Source of the DNA: a virus
Direction: 5' to 3' (one strand)
IMG/VR virus record: IMGVR_UViG_3300030104_003613
Length of the DNA stretch: 64,000 nt
The translations under genes and the position numbers were made by a program. Numbering within the stretch: position 1 is the first letter of the stretch; each line of letters starts with the position of its first letter. Below are positions 46,735 to 55,565 of the stretch, piece after piece. A model generated the notes under the pieces. It saw nothing but the letters and a program-made list of their open reading frames with translations, had not been told where the DNA came from and searched no databases.

Positions 46735-47792
46735 AGTGCGTTACCGCGTGGTAAAACTTCTTCTGGGAATACAAAGTCCTCATGAGGTTGGTCAGCAGGT
46801 GCCATCCAGGCACGAAGACCTTCATTCAGAAGGATGTTCTTGGTATAGAACGTTTCAAATTCAGGATCTTCTGCTGCTCTAATCTCCTGACTTACGAAAT
46901 CATAAGCGCGAAGATTAAGAGCGAGACCAATAATCCCAATGCTAGAGACCCAAAGACCCATGACAGGAACAAACAGCATAAAGAAATGAAGCCAACGTTT
47001 GTTTGAAAAAGCAACACCAAAAATCTGTGACCAGAAACGATTGGCGGTGACCATCGAATAAGTTTCTTCCTCTTGCGTAGAGTCAAAAGCTTGGAATGTA
47101 TTTGCTTGCTCACCATCTTCGTAAAGCGTGTTCTCAACAGTAACTCCATGAATAGCAGAAAGTAATGCTCCACCAAGGATACCGGCAACACCCATCATGT
47201 GGAAGGGGTTGAGTGTCCAGTTATGGAATCCTTGTAGGAAGAGGAGGAACCTGAAAATAGCGGCAACCCCAAACGATGGCGCGAAGAACCAGGACGACTG
47301 TCCCAAAGGATATAAGAGAAATACGCTGACAAAGACAGCAATAGGACCAGAAAAAGCAATAGCATTGTAGGGTCTAATTCCAATGAGACGTGCCAGTTCA
47401 AACTGACGGAGCATAAATCCAATCAGAGCAAATGCACCGTGGAGAGCAACAAAGGCCCAAAGCCCTCCAAGTTGACACCACCTGACGAAATCGCCTTGAG
47501 CTTCAGGACCCCAAAGTAGAAGAAGAGAATGACCCATAGCATCAGCAGGCGTCGAGACAGCTGCTGTGAGAAAGTTAGCACCCTCAAGATAGGAACTAGC
47601 GAGTCCGTGGGTGTACCAAGACGTAACAAAAGTCGTCCCAGTAAGCCAGCCACCAATGGCCAAATAAGCAGTGGGAAAAAGTAATAGTCCAGACCAGCCC
47701 ACAAAGACAAAGCGATCCCGTTTAAGCCAGTCATCAAGGACATCGAACCAACTCCCATTAGTGCGTGGTGGTGATAGTGAAGTCGTCGTCAC
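46731..47792 (-). CDS. psbD: Photosystem II D2 protein
   Basis: Full D2 sequence ([27 protein letters not shown]); GTG start with AGGAGG RBS. Confidence 0.98.
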   Translation of the reverse strand: MTTTSLSPPRTNGSWFDVLDDWLKRDRFVFVGWSGLLLFPTAYLAIGGWLTGTTFVTSWYTHGLASSYLEGANFLTAAVSTPADAMGHSLLLLWGPEAQGDFVRWCQLGGLWAFVALHGAFALIGFMLRQFELARLIGIRPYNAIAFSGPIAVFVSVFLLYPLGQSSWFFAPSFGVAAIFRFLLFLQGFHNWTLNPFHMMGVAGILGGALLSAIHGVTVENTLYEDGEQANTFQAFDSTQEEETYSMVTANRFWSQIFGVAFSNKRWLHFFMLFVPVMGLWVSSIGIIGLALNLRAYDFVSQEIRAAEDPEFETFYTKNILLNEGLRAWMAPADQPHEDFVFPEEVLPRGNAL

Positions 47793-47865
47793 GACATGTG
47801 CCTCCTTAATAGTTCTTAATATTTATTCTAATACGAAACCACGAAAATAAGAAGAGTATTTATAC

Positions 47866-48081
47866 TCAAAATCCTTTTGGTTTCGATTTGATATCTAGGA
47901 CTTCAACTGTGTCTAGAAACATATTAGCAGTCTGAAACCATGTCGCATGAAGTTTTTCATAGTCATCAAAGTCAACACTCCTACCGTCAGTCAAGTGAAG
48001 ACGATAGGAGTGTCTGTCGTAAGGTTTGTCACAGGTTACTTTGAAGAACCTCGGATCTGATTCATCAATCAGTTGTGTCAT
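47866..48081 (-). CDS. Hypothetical protein
   Basis: 71 aa, PYDRH.Y motif; ATGA overlap with talC. Confidence 0.65.
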   Translation of the reverse strand: MTQLIDESDPRFFKVTCDKPYDRHSYRLHLTDGRSVDFDDYEKLHATWFQTANMFLDTVEVLDIKSKPKGF

Positions 48082-48764
48082 CGATTTTCTTGAGATTTAT
48101 ACATTTTAATGGGTTCTTCATAATGTCTAATTCTTTTAGCATCATTATTAAAGATATCCATTCCTACATCTGTGAGAATATGGTCATACATCTGATCAAA
48201 TACTTTGGGTGGCATCGTGACCAGTTGAGCACCATTATACCATGACCTGATAGCACGTTGAACACTACGAATAGAAGCAGACAACACCTGTGTCCTGACT
48301 CCATGGATACGATACAGGTCAGAGATGGCTCGTACAACCTCCAGACCTGCTACTTGCTGGTCATCCAAGCGCCCTACAAAGGGTGAAACATATGTTGCTC
48401 CCGCCTTTGCTGCTAGGACCGCTTGTGGGGCAGAGAAGATGAGTGTGACATTAACTCTGATACCTTGCTCGGACAGTCGCTTACAGACGATCAGACCCTC
48501 GCGTGTACAAGGAACTTTAACAGTACATACATTGCCAAACTTCTCGTAAAGTCGAACACCTTCGTCATACATTTCCAAGTCAGATCCCATGACTTCCATG
48601 CTGATGTCAGGGACACCAATATCTTTGATCTCTTGGTAGACCACTTCAGGATCTCTACCACTTTTCATGATCAGTGAGGGATTAGTTGTGACACCATCAA
48701 CCAACCCAGTTGAAAAATACTTACTAATAACTTCGGTGTCAGCCGTATCCAGAAAGATTTGCAT
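48078..48764 (-). CDS. talC: Transaldolase (phage TalC type)
   Basis: IFLDTA..GVTTNPSLI..KVP..NVTLIFS..YVSPFVGRLDD..ASIR. Confidence 0.95.
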   Translation of the reverse strand: MQIFLDTADTEVISKYFSTGLVDGVTTNPSLIMKSGRDPEVVYQEIKDIGVPDISMEVMGSDLEMYDEGVRLYEKFGNVCTVKVPCTREGLIVCKRLSEQGIRVNVTLIFSAPQAVLAAKAGATYVSPFVGRLDDQQVAGLEVVRAISDLYRIHGVRTQVLSASIRSVQRAIRSWYNGAQLVTMPPKVFDQMYDHILTDVGMDIFNNDAKRIRHYEEPIKMYKSQENR

Positions 48765-48765
48765 T

Positions 48766-48818
48766 AAAAAAGAGGGGTTAGACCCCTCTAGTTTACAGGT
48801 TATTCAGTTGTGTGTCAA
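48766..48818 (-). terminator. psbA terminator overlapped by a talC promoter
   Basis: AGAGGGG-TCTAA-CCCCTCT followed by a T-run; TTGACA(48818-13)-17nt-TAAACT(48795-90). Confidence 0.7.
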
Positions 48819-49894
48819 CCGACAGCAGGAGCGGTCAGTGCGACAGGAGTTGACTCGGCAGCTGCCAGGTCAAGCGGGAAGTTGTGGGCGTTACGCTCAT
48901 GCATAACTTCCATACCCAGGTTTGCTCTGTTAAGAACGTCTGCCCAGGTGTTCAACACACGACCCTGACCATCAAGGATGGACTGGTTGAAGTTGAAGCC
49001 ATTCAGGTTGAAGGCCATGGTGCTAACACCAAGAGCAGTGAACCAGATGCCAACAACGGGCCATGCTGCCAGGAAGAAGTGAAGACTTCTGCTGTTGTTG
49101 AATGAAGCGTATTGGAAGATCAGACGACCAAAGTAACCGTGAGCGGCGACGATGTTGTAAGTCTCTTCCTCTTGTCCGAACTTGTAACCATAGTTCAGTG
49201 AATCGTTCTCGGTTGTTTCACGAACCAAGGAGGATGTCACCAGTGAACCGTGCATCGCGGAGAACAGTGAACCACCGAAGACACCTGCGACTCCCAGCAT
49301 GTGGAAGGGGTGCATCAGGATGTTGTGCTCTGCCTGGAAAACAAGCATGAAGTTGAACGTGCCGGAGATGCCAAGGGGCATACCGTCAGAGAACGAACCT
49401 TGACCGAAAGGATAGACCAGGAAAACTGCGGAAGCAGCAGCGACAGGTGCGCTGTAAGCAACACAGATCCAAGGGCGCATACCCAGTCTGTAAGACAGTT
49501 CCCACTCACGACCCATGTAGCAGAAGATGCCGATCAGGAAGTGGAAAACTACGAGTTGATAAGGTCCACCATTGTACAGCCACTCATCGAGTGAGGCGGC
49601 TTCCCAGATGGGATAGAAGTGAAGACCAATTGCGTTGGAAGAGGGGACAACAGCACCAGAAATGATGTTGTTACCATACATGAGTGAACCAGCGACTGGT
49701 TCGCGAATTCCGTCGATGTCCACAGGGGGAGCAGCGACAAACGCAGTAATGAAGCATACGGTTGCTGCCAACAGAGTTGGAATCATCAGCACACCGAACC
49801 AACCGACATAGAGGCGGTTATTGGTAGACGTTACCCACTGGCAAAACTGTTCCCAGGTGGATGTTGTTTGTTGTCTTGAAAGTGTTGTAGCCAT
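48815..49894 (-). CDS. psbA: Photosystem II D1 protein, uninterrupted
   Basis: Full D1 sequence; GREWELS (Glu130 form); HNFPLDLA plus C-terminal extension. Confidence 0.99.
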   Translation of the reverse strand: MATTLSRQQTTSTWEQFCQWVTSTNNRLYVGWFGVLMIPTLLAATVCFITAFVAAPPVDIDGIREPVAGSLMYGNNIISGAVVPSSNAIGLHFYPIWEAASLDEWLYNGGPYQLVVFHFLIGIFCYMGREWELSYRLGMRPWICVAYSAPVAAASAVFLVYPFGQGSFSDGMPLGISGTFNFMLVFQAEHNILMHPFHMLGVAGVFGGSLFSAMHGSLVTSSLVRETTENDSLNYGYKFGQEEETYNIVAAHGYFGRLIFQYASFNNSRSLHFFLAAWPVVGIWFTALGVSTMAFNLNGFNFNQSILDGQGRVLNTWADVLNRANLGMEVMHERNAHNFPLDLAAAESTPVALTAPAVG

Positions 49895-49904
49895 TGTTTT
49901 GAAA

Positions 49905-50046
49905 AGGGTTATGTACGAGTACGGGGTAGTACTAGGTAAAATATTCCAACTCTACCCTCCAGAGTTGGTATGAAGGACTATTGTTTAGACACGCTGTTTA
50001 GTCCTGGTGAGGCGTGTGGGATGGTGAGGAAATCCTCACCCCGTCC
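49905..50046 (-). ncRNA. Structured psbA leader (PhotoRC-II-like)
   Basis: Stems GGTGAGGA/TCCTCACC and ACACGC/GCGTGT; loop AGGACTA complementary to downstream TAGTCCT; stems CCAACTCT/AGAGTTGG and AGTAC/GTACT. Confidence 0.7.
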
Positions 50047-50049
50047 ATG

Positions 50050-50083
50050 TATTTATATTAAGGCATAACTCATCATCTGTCAA
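50050..50083 (-). promoter_or_regulatory. Composite early+late psbA promoter
   Basis: TTGACA-17nt-TAATAT overlapping TATAAATA. Confidence 0.7.
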
Positions 50084-50112
50084 CACCCCCTGTGCCAGAA
50101 GGGCAACTGGGC

Positions 50113-50141
50113 TTGACAGGTAGTTTAATTGTCTATAGACT
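50113..50141 (+). promoter_or_regulatory. Plus-strand sigma70-type promoter, divergent from psbA
   Basis: TTGACA-17nt-TAGACT, preceded by an imperfect CCAG..CTGG inverted repeat. Confidence 0.5.
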
Positions 50142-50168
50142 AAGTTTGTTGCTTTTGATGGATATCTT

Positions 50169-50324
50169 TTAGATACTATATTCCTTTACAATATCCATCA
50201 CTCTAGCAAGATAATCTTTTGCAAGACCTTTGTATTCTTGTGGGTAAGTTTCTTCTTCTAACCTATTGAAGAGCTTGGTAACTCTTGATTCCATGTCTAC
50301 CTTGGTCAATCTTCCGCGAGGCAT
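50169..50324 (-). CDS. Small cyanophage hypothetical protein (51 aa)
   Basis: Hand translation MPRGRLTKVDMESRVTKLFNRLEEETYPQEYKGLAKDYLARVMDIVKEYSI; AGGAG RBS. Confidence 0.65.
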   Translation of the reverse strand: MPRGRLTKVDMESRVTKLFNRLEEETYPQEYKGLAKDYLARVMDIVKEYSI

Positions 50325-50326
50325 AA

Positions 50327-50560
50327 TTAAAACTCCTTTGGTGACATCTTACTGTCAATGAATGCTCTTCTCTTTTCCCAGGTGTCTGCTTCACCGTAGA
50401 TGTGTCCTTTCTTGTGAACTGGATTGATACACAGAGGTGATTCTGCGATTCCACAGACAAGATTAGATAGTGCTTTCAGGTCACCCTTGGCACCAGTATG
50501 CCAATAGTGTTGACCGTCCAACCACACTGCTCCACACTTCTCGCACTCTCTCCTATTCAT
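50327..50560 (-). CDS. Zn-ribbon-like hypothetical protein
   Basis: CEKCGAVW..GQHYW..LVC..CINP. Confidence 0.7.
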   Translation of the reverse strand: MNRRECEKCGAVWLDGQHYWHTGAKGDLKALSNLVCGIAESPLCINPVHKKGHIYGEADTWEKRRAFIDSKMSPKEF

Positions 50561-50706
50561 AGGTAGAAATAGATGGAAATAGAGGTTTTTACTATTTACA
50601 CGTTTAAGTATTTCTTATGGATGTTTGCTATGATACCAAAACAATATTAAGATTTCATTACTAAAATGAGAACTCTCTAAATATAGCTAAAGCATTGGTT
50701 CCTTAA

Positions 50707-51210
50707 ATGAAAAAACTAGCATTGCTTTTAGGAATGTCTTTGTTGACGGCACCAGCATATGCCGATATTACTCATAGGTTAAGTTCTAGCGTTCAATTGA
50801 ATGTCAATTCTGCTGCCACACAGATGACCAGAATTGGAAATACTTTTAGCACTTCTGGTAGTGGAGTTAATAGTGATATTGGTGGTGGAAACAGCGTAGA
50901 TAATAAGTTAGGAGGATTTGGAACACTCTCTCACGGTGTTGCCTCTTCTCCTTCACTACCCACTATTACTCAAGCAACTGCTGGTGAAGCATTTTCCTAC
51001 TCGGTAACCTTTACCCAAGGTGATGCTTTGGTTACAAGTGCTCCCGCTGTTGGCGCAGTCAGTCCTCTCTCACAGCAGACTTCTAATGCTGCTGGTGTTG
51101 CTGGAAGTCTGGCAGGTGTCATTAATGCTGACGGTTCTATGACTTTGACAGCTGGTGGAGCTGGTACAAGTGCGACCGGCCAATTCGTTACGGAAATCTA
51201 CGTTAAATAG
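50707..51210 (+). CDS. Secreted beta-rich protein A
   Basis: Signal peptide MKKLALLLGMSLLTAPAYA; S/T/G-rich; CTAAATA late-like promoter upstream. Confidence 0.8.
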   Translation: MKKLALLLGMSLLTAPAYADITHRLSSSVQLNVNSAATQMTRIGNTFSTSGSGVNSDIGGGNSVDNKLGGFGTLSHGVASSPSLPTITQATAGEAFSYSVTFTQGDALVTSAPAVGAVSPLSQQTSNAAGVAGSLAGVINADGSMTLTAGGAGTSATGQFVTEIYVK

Positions 51211-51211
51211 A

Positions 51212-51655
51212 ATGTTTAAACCACAAGGAGCAATCGGTTTAGGGTTGGTTCTTGGTATTATCCACGGGTTCACTTTACCATCATGGTCTGTACCCGTGGT
51301 CCCGAACTTTACTCAAGGCTCAATGACGAGCCACACCGAAACCACGCAAAAGATTACTGAAACCATCAATTCGATGGACTATAACACAGGGTATCAATAC
51401 TCTGCTACAGGAACTGGTGTAACAGTTAATGGAAATCTGTCTCCTGGAACAGGGGAGACTAATATAACTATCGATGGAGTGACCTCATCATGGACAGGTG
51501 TAACAAGCAAACCTCAATTTACACAAACGGTTCCGGGAGATGCGTTCCAGTTCACGGAGACTTATCAGGGACCGGGTTTGTCGAATCACACGATTATTCA
51601 AAGAGAAACAGACGTAACAAGTATAACCGATACTACAAGTATTTTCTCTCAATAA
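51212..51655 (+). CDS. Secreted beta-rich protein B
   Basis: Start set at ATG 51212; hydrophobic leader then VPVVPNFTQGS; Thr-rich alternating strands. Confidence 0.75.
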   Translation: MFKPQGAIGLGLVLGIIHGFTLPSWSVPVVPNFTQGSMTSHTETTQKITETINSMDYNTGYQYSATGTGVTVNGNLSPGTGETNITIDGVTSSWTGVTSKPQFTQTVPGDAFQFTETYQGPGLSNHTIIQRETDVTSITDTTSIFSQ

Positions 51656-52398
51656 CATTATTATTCGCAAACCCTTCTTATGCTGAAACTGTTGGTGGTG
51701 TGTCTGCTACTGCTTCTCCTGTGGCTAATAGTTCAGGTTCCGTTACAAACCAAGCTATTCAGGTTCTTCAAGGACCATATATTACAAACACATACGGAAG
51801 TGGTATACAATGTCAGGGTCCCACTCGCAACTTCACCCCGTATGTAACAGGAACTGCGTCAGCGGCAAGACCATATGAAGCATATTATGATGATCCTGTA
51901 TATGATATTAGTGATTTGAATGAGGATGGATTGATTGACAACCCAGGAGACATCCTTTTTCAAAAGAAAACTAGGACGGGACAGAAGGATAACTTCAGTC
52001 TTGGTCTTGGTTTCTCTATGACATGGAGTACGCCAACAGATAAGAAGTTACAAAATCTTTGTAAAGAAGCAGCAGCTGCTAGCATCGAAATGATGAATCA
52101 ATCAACTGCCAATAAGAGATTGGATTTTGAAATTGCAAGACTTAAAAATTGTGGTGAATTGATAAAGCAGGGAATTAGTTTTCACCCCAAGAGTCCTTAC
52201 TATAAAATATGTGCTGATGTTGTGGTGCAGAATGTGACTCATGTTAAACAACACAATCACTACATTCCTCGACCTACTTCTTCTTCTTCTGACTCTTCGC
52301 CACAACAGAGCGAAGCTTTGCAATCGCTTCATTCCTCAGACGCTGCTCTGCTCGGCGCTCCATTACAGACTCAACCTTTTGTTTCTTACCCCGAATAG
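51490..52398 (+). CDS. Secreted/outer-membrane protein C
   Basis: Internal signal-like segment YFLSITLLFANPSYA; amphipathic strand NFSLGLGFSMTWSTP followed by helices; start uncertain. Confidence 0.7.
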   Translation: MDRCNKQTSIYTNGSGRCVPVHGDLSGTGFVESHDYSKRNRRNKYNRYYKYFLSITLLFANPSYAETVGGVSATASPVANSSGSVTNQAIQVLQGPYITNTYGSGIQCQGPTRNFTPYVTGTASAARPYEAYYDDPVYDISDLNEDGLIDNPGDILFQKKTRTGQKDNFSLGLGFSMTWSTPTDKKLQNLCKEAAAASIEMMNQSTANKRLDFEIARLKNCGELIKQGISFHPKSPYYKICADVVVQNVTHVKQHNHYIPRPTSSSSDSSPQQSEALQSLHSSDAALLGAPLQTQPFVSYPE

Positions 52399-53104
52399 AA
52401 GCAACTTTCTTTAAGACCTTCTTGACTGTTGGTTTGATAACCTTTAATAAAATATCAGCAAATGGTTTTGCCAGAAGTGCTGACGTGGTAGCAACCACAG
52501 CAATACCCCCGGTAGTGATTACAACACTAGTCGGGGGTAATCCATTTATTGCCTGGTCAATGATAGGAACATCGCGTACCTCACGAATACATTGAGTTCC
52601 TTCTAATCTATATCCAGTAACCTCTTTCCTGCCACTGTCAAAAATAAAACCAATAGGTTCCTTGGATAACTGCTCCTGAGTAGGACACTCTATATTGGCA
52701 GTGTTAGTAGGAGGTGCCTCTGCCCCCTTTGGTGTGGACAACCCCTCTGATTCTGATTTAGGTTCCTTCTCACCAGTTCTCGTATCCACTGGTGGTGGAC
52801 GAGTGATGATCATTTGTTCAGGTTCATACTGAATAGGAGAGAAGTTTGGAACACCGGCATCACAAAATGTTAGTGTGCCTTTAGGATCATCACTAACTAG
52901 TTTATTATTCCTAGGGTTATTTGATTCGTGTGCTTCCACACACCCAGGAACATTAACAATAGGCAGTCCAATATCAACCACTACTGGTACATAAGTGGGG
53001 GCGGATAATACAGTTGGAGTTAAATTATTAATTGGAAAGATTTCAACTCTTCTAACCTGAATATTTCCAAGTTCAATATCGCCAACTTGAATATCCATTA
53101 GCAA
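52274..53104 (-). CDS. Membrane-anchored hypothetical protein
   Basis: Cys pairs, Pro-rich linker, hydrophobic helix and basic tail. Confidence 0.7.
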   Translation of the reverse strand: MLMDIQVGDIELGNIQVRRVEIFPINNLTPTVLSAPTYVPVVVDIGLPIVNVPGCVEAHESNNPRNNKLVSDDPKGTLTFCDAGVPNFSPIQYEPEQMIITRPPPVDTRTGEKEPKSESEGLSTPKGAEAPPTNTANIECPTQEQLSKEPIGFIFDSGRKEVTGYRLEGTQCIREVRDVPIIDQAINGLPPTSVVITTGGIAVVATTSALLAKPFADILLKVIKPTVKKVLKKVASIRGKKQKVESVMERRAEQRLRNEAIAKLRSVVAKSQKKKK

Positions 53105-53679
53105 TCATTAAATATACTACCTACTTCAGATCCAATAGTCTCTCCCGCTTGCTGACCTAACAATAATGCCCAACCAGATGCCAACCATCCAATATAAGGA
53201 ATGCTTGAAACAGCAGGAACAAGGACACCAGCACTAATCGCGGTCCCTGCCATCACACCTTGTGACCGTGCTCCAGCGTCCGCCACTAAACACGCGGCGT
53301 CTACACCTCCGCTCTTTCCCACTTCACCTATTTCACCTCCCCCCATGTTGCGGGTTCCCTCTCTGGTGTATTGATCTGTACGATATTCGGTACGTTGTTC
53401 TCTACCGCCACCAAAGAGTCCTCTTTTTTCTTTATCAAGATTAAGAGATCTTTCCGACTGTAATACTTTGGGGTCATCAGAACGATACTCAATAGTGTAC
53501 CCTTCTTTCCCTGCGTGAATTCTATAAGATGAGTAAGGAGTGTGGGGAATATTGAAAGCAGGTGGTTGTTGAACCTGATCTTCAGGTTCGTGCTTAATCA
53601 AATGACCTAGCACACCGATGTGAGCAACACCAACAATAGTTCCAAGTGTAATTGTAGCAAACTTAAGTGCTCTATTCAT
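53098..53679 (-). CDS. Membrane protein with glycine-zipper-like C-terminus
   Basis: N-terminal TM helix; G.MAGTAI.AG..IPYIGWLA.GW..G..IG..VG. Confidence 0.7.
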   Translation of the reverse strand: MNRALKFATITLGTIVGVAHIGVLGHLIKHEPEDQVQQPPAFNIPHTPYSSYRIHAGKEGYTIEYRSDDPKVLQSERSLNLDKEKRGLFGGGREQRTEYRTDQYTREGTRNMGGGEIGEVGKSGGVDAACLVADAGARSQGVMAGTAISAGVLVPAVSSIPYIGWLASGWALLLGQQAGETIGSEVGSIFNDC

Positions 53680-53680
53680 A

Positions 53681-53944
53681 TTAGAAACCTACTACTCCAC
53701 CCGTGGTCTTTGGTAGTGGTGTAACAACCCCACCAGTCGCAGCAGGTAGTTCAGGCACTTCAGGCATGTCTGGCATAAGACCAGAAATCATTCCTGGAAT
53801 TGCTTCTGTAATCTCTTCTATTGCCTTTTCTTTAGCACCCTCAATAAGATTGCCAGCATTAAGGTAAAGGTATACCCCGCCACTAACAACACTAAGAGAA
53901 ACAATACCAGAGAATATAGCAAGACCATTAATAATCTTCTGCAT
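53681..53944 (-). CDS. Single-TM hypothetical protein
   Basis: MQKIINGLAIFSGIVSLSVV.GG.Y.Y and Pro-rich tail. Confidence 0.7.
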   Translation of the reverse strand: MQKIINGLAIFSGIVSLSVVSGGVYLYLNAGNLIEGAKEKAIEEITEAIPGMISGLMPDMPEVPELPAATGGVVTPLPKTTGGVVGF

Positions 53945-54080
53945 GGCAGACTCCTTTTTGTGTTGTCCTCCTCTATCTATAACATTCTTCTATTCAACGT
54001 GTTCTTTGTTATCTAAATTACAACTCTCACCATCATATTCAGAGTCGGGAATGAAAGGATCACCCCCGCATACTGCGCTC

Positions 54081-54539
54081 CTACAAGAGAGTTCCGTGAA
54101 CTCTTCTAATTTCTCTGAGTGCTTCAAGATCCATGTCTTTTGTTCCTCCGTCATACGCATGAGCATAACCCTCCTCAATCATTTGTTCGTTGAGGGACAG
54201 GTTTGAGTCCCCAATGTAAAGCCAGCCAAGAAGACGCCCATATTTGCCAACCCCACCAACAAGTTCAGTCCTAACAGACAACTCATCATCACCAGCGATA
54301 GTACTTTCCAGTTTCTCTTTGAGCCAGTTGGTTGCGTCGATTCCAAGTGCTTTTTCCTCTAGGTTTTTCGTCCTTTTCTCTGGTGTATCAACGCCTGCAA
54401 CTCTAACTCTTTCTTTCTTGTATAAGTCAAACCCAAGATCAATGGTGACATCAATAGTATCACCGTCAAGAACACGATTTATCTCCGTCACCCGGAAGTT
54501 GTAGCAGCTCTTCCTGCTCGGTGGTGTCATCGCTCCCAT
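54081..54539 (-). CDS. Thermonuclease (SNase-like) family nuclease
   Basis: RVLDGDTIDV..RVR.AGVDTPE..GKYGRLLG..N..MI.EGYA..Y.GG. Confidence 0.85.
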   Translation of the reverse strand: MGAMTPPSRKSCYNFRVTEINRVLDGDTIDVTIDLGFDLYKKERVRVAGVDTPEKRTKNLEEKALGIDATNWLKEKLESTIAGDDELSVRTELVGGVGKYGRLLGWLYIGDSNLSLNEQMIEEGYAHAYDGGTKDMDLEALREIRRVHGTLL

Positions 54540-54672
54540 GAGATTCTTTCTCGTCTATTCCTAGTATGTATACGATAGCATAAACTGCTATAGCTACCAC
54601 AAGGAATGTCATAATAATCACTGACCATACTGGATCAGATGGATTATCGAGTGGTTTGAGAATAAGGTTCAC
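54466..54672 (-). CDS. Small membrane protein
   Basis: GTG start; one TM helix. Confidence 0.55.
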   Translation of the reverse strand: MNLILKPLDNPSDPVWSVIIMTFLVVAIAVYAIVYILGIDEKESHGSDDTTEQEELLQLPGDGDKSCS

Positions 54673-54860
54673 TATACACGCCCTCCCCAGACATCCCACC
54701 TATCTTTAAAATAAAAGTTGACTTCAACCAATGTTCCAGTGGGTGTTTGTTCACCAGACTCTGACCACTTGTGACAAAATTTATGTATAGTTTCCGAAGC
54801 ATTGACTGCCCTCACGCCATACATTCTAGAAAAGGCACACATGGCAAAACTATAACGCAT
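54672..54860 (-). CDS. Hypothetical protein
   Basis: MRYSFAMCAFSRMYG..FC..W; start trimmed. Confidence 0.55.
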   Translation of the reverse strand: MRYSFAMCAFSRMYGVRAVNASETIHKFCHKWSESGEQTPTGTLVEVNFYFKDRWDVWGGRV

Positions 54861-54861
54861 T

Positions 54862-55092
54862 TTAACTTCTTCTGATGTCATCTTTCTGCTCTGGTAAATC
54901 ACATTTTCTTAAACTATCTGCCTTAATCATCACATCACAGGTGGTCTCCTCCAACTTCACAGGGTGTGCTGTTCCATGACCATCATAGGCATCAGAATCA
55001 TAGTAAACATTATCACCCTTAATAAATCCAAAACAGAATGTTCCCAATACAAATGGGACTGCAATCCAGATAAGTGCGTCTGCTAATATCAT
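54862..55092 (-). CDS. Small membrane protein
   Basis: TM helix then YYDSD.YDG.GTAH. Confidence 0.6.
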   Translation of the reverse strand: MILADALIWIAVPFVLGTFCFGFIKGDNVYYDSDAYDGHGTAHPVKLEETTCDVMIKADSLRKCDLPEQKDDIRRS

Positions 55093-55565
55093 TTGAAAAA
55101 TACCTTGATACCTGCTGATGTTCTACCAGTATTAAAGTTATGAATACTTGAAAGGTGTTCAGCAAATAACTTTATACTATCACCATACTCAACACCTATT
55201 GAGGCAAGTGGTCCATAAAAATCATCATTACTATCAAAGGATGATTCATTAACACTGATGCCAGAGTAAACTGTAAGATCTTTTGTAAGGGGTGCCAAAA
55301 CTTTTACTCCAGCATGATTTACACCAGGAAAATCATCACATTGTGTGGGTGATGATAGGTGCTCAACAAACAACCTCAAGTGTTTATGAACATCATATTC
55401 AATACCAAACCCACCCATTGGTTCTCCAAAGTCAAACTGTTCATTCCTATCACCTATCTGATGATTGAGCATAACATATGATTTAATCTCATCAGGTGTG
55501 ACCATACCAACTCCACCTGTAGCAACTATACCCATAAGGGTTTGTGCTCCAATACACATGCTCAT
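55089..55565 (-). CDS. Putative small beta-barrel protein with internal duplication
   Basis: Two repeats of G(I/V)EY..(R/K)LF.EHLSS..AG(V/I)KV; terminal FFK. Confidence 0.6.
   Translation of the reverse strand: MSMCIGAQTLMGIVATGGVGMVTPDEIKSYVMLNHQIGDRNEQFDFGEPMGGFGIEYDVHKHLRLFVEHLSSPTQCDDFPGVNHAGVKVLAPLTKDLTVYSGISVNESSFDSNDDFYGPLASIGVEYGDSIKLFAEHLSSIHNFNTGRTSAGIKVFFK

Noticed and set aside
48884-49740. Several ORFs overlapping psbA; possible intron or homing endonuclease
   Set aside because: psbA is continuous and full length, and no endonuclease motifs are visible.
53990-54178. 62-aa ORF overlapping the nuclease 3' end
   Set aside because: Half of it overlaps another gene and it has no convincing start; left uncalled.
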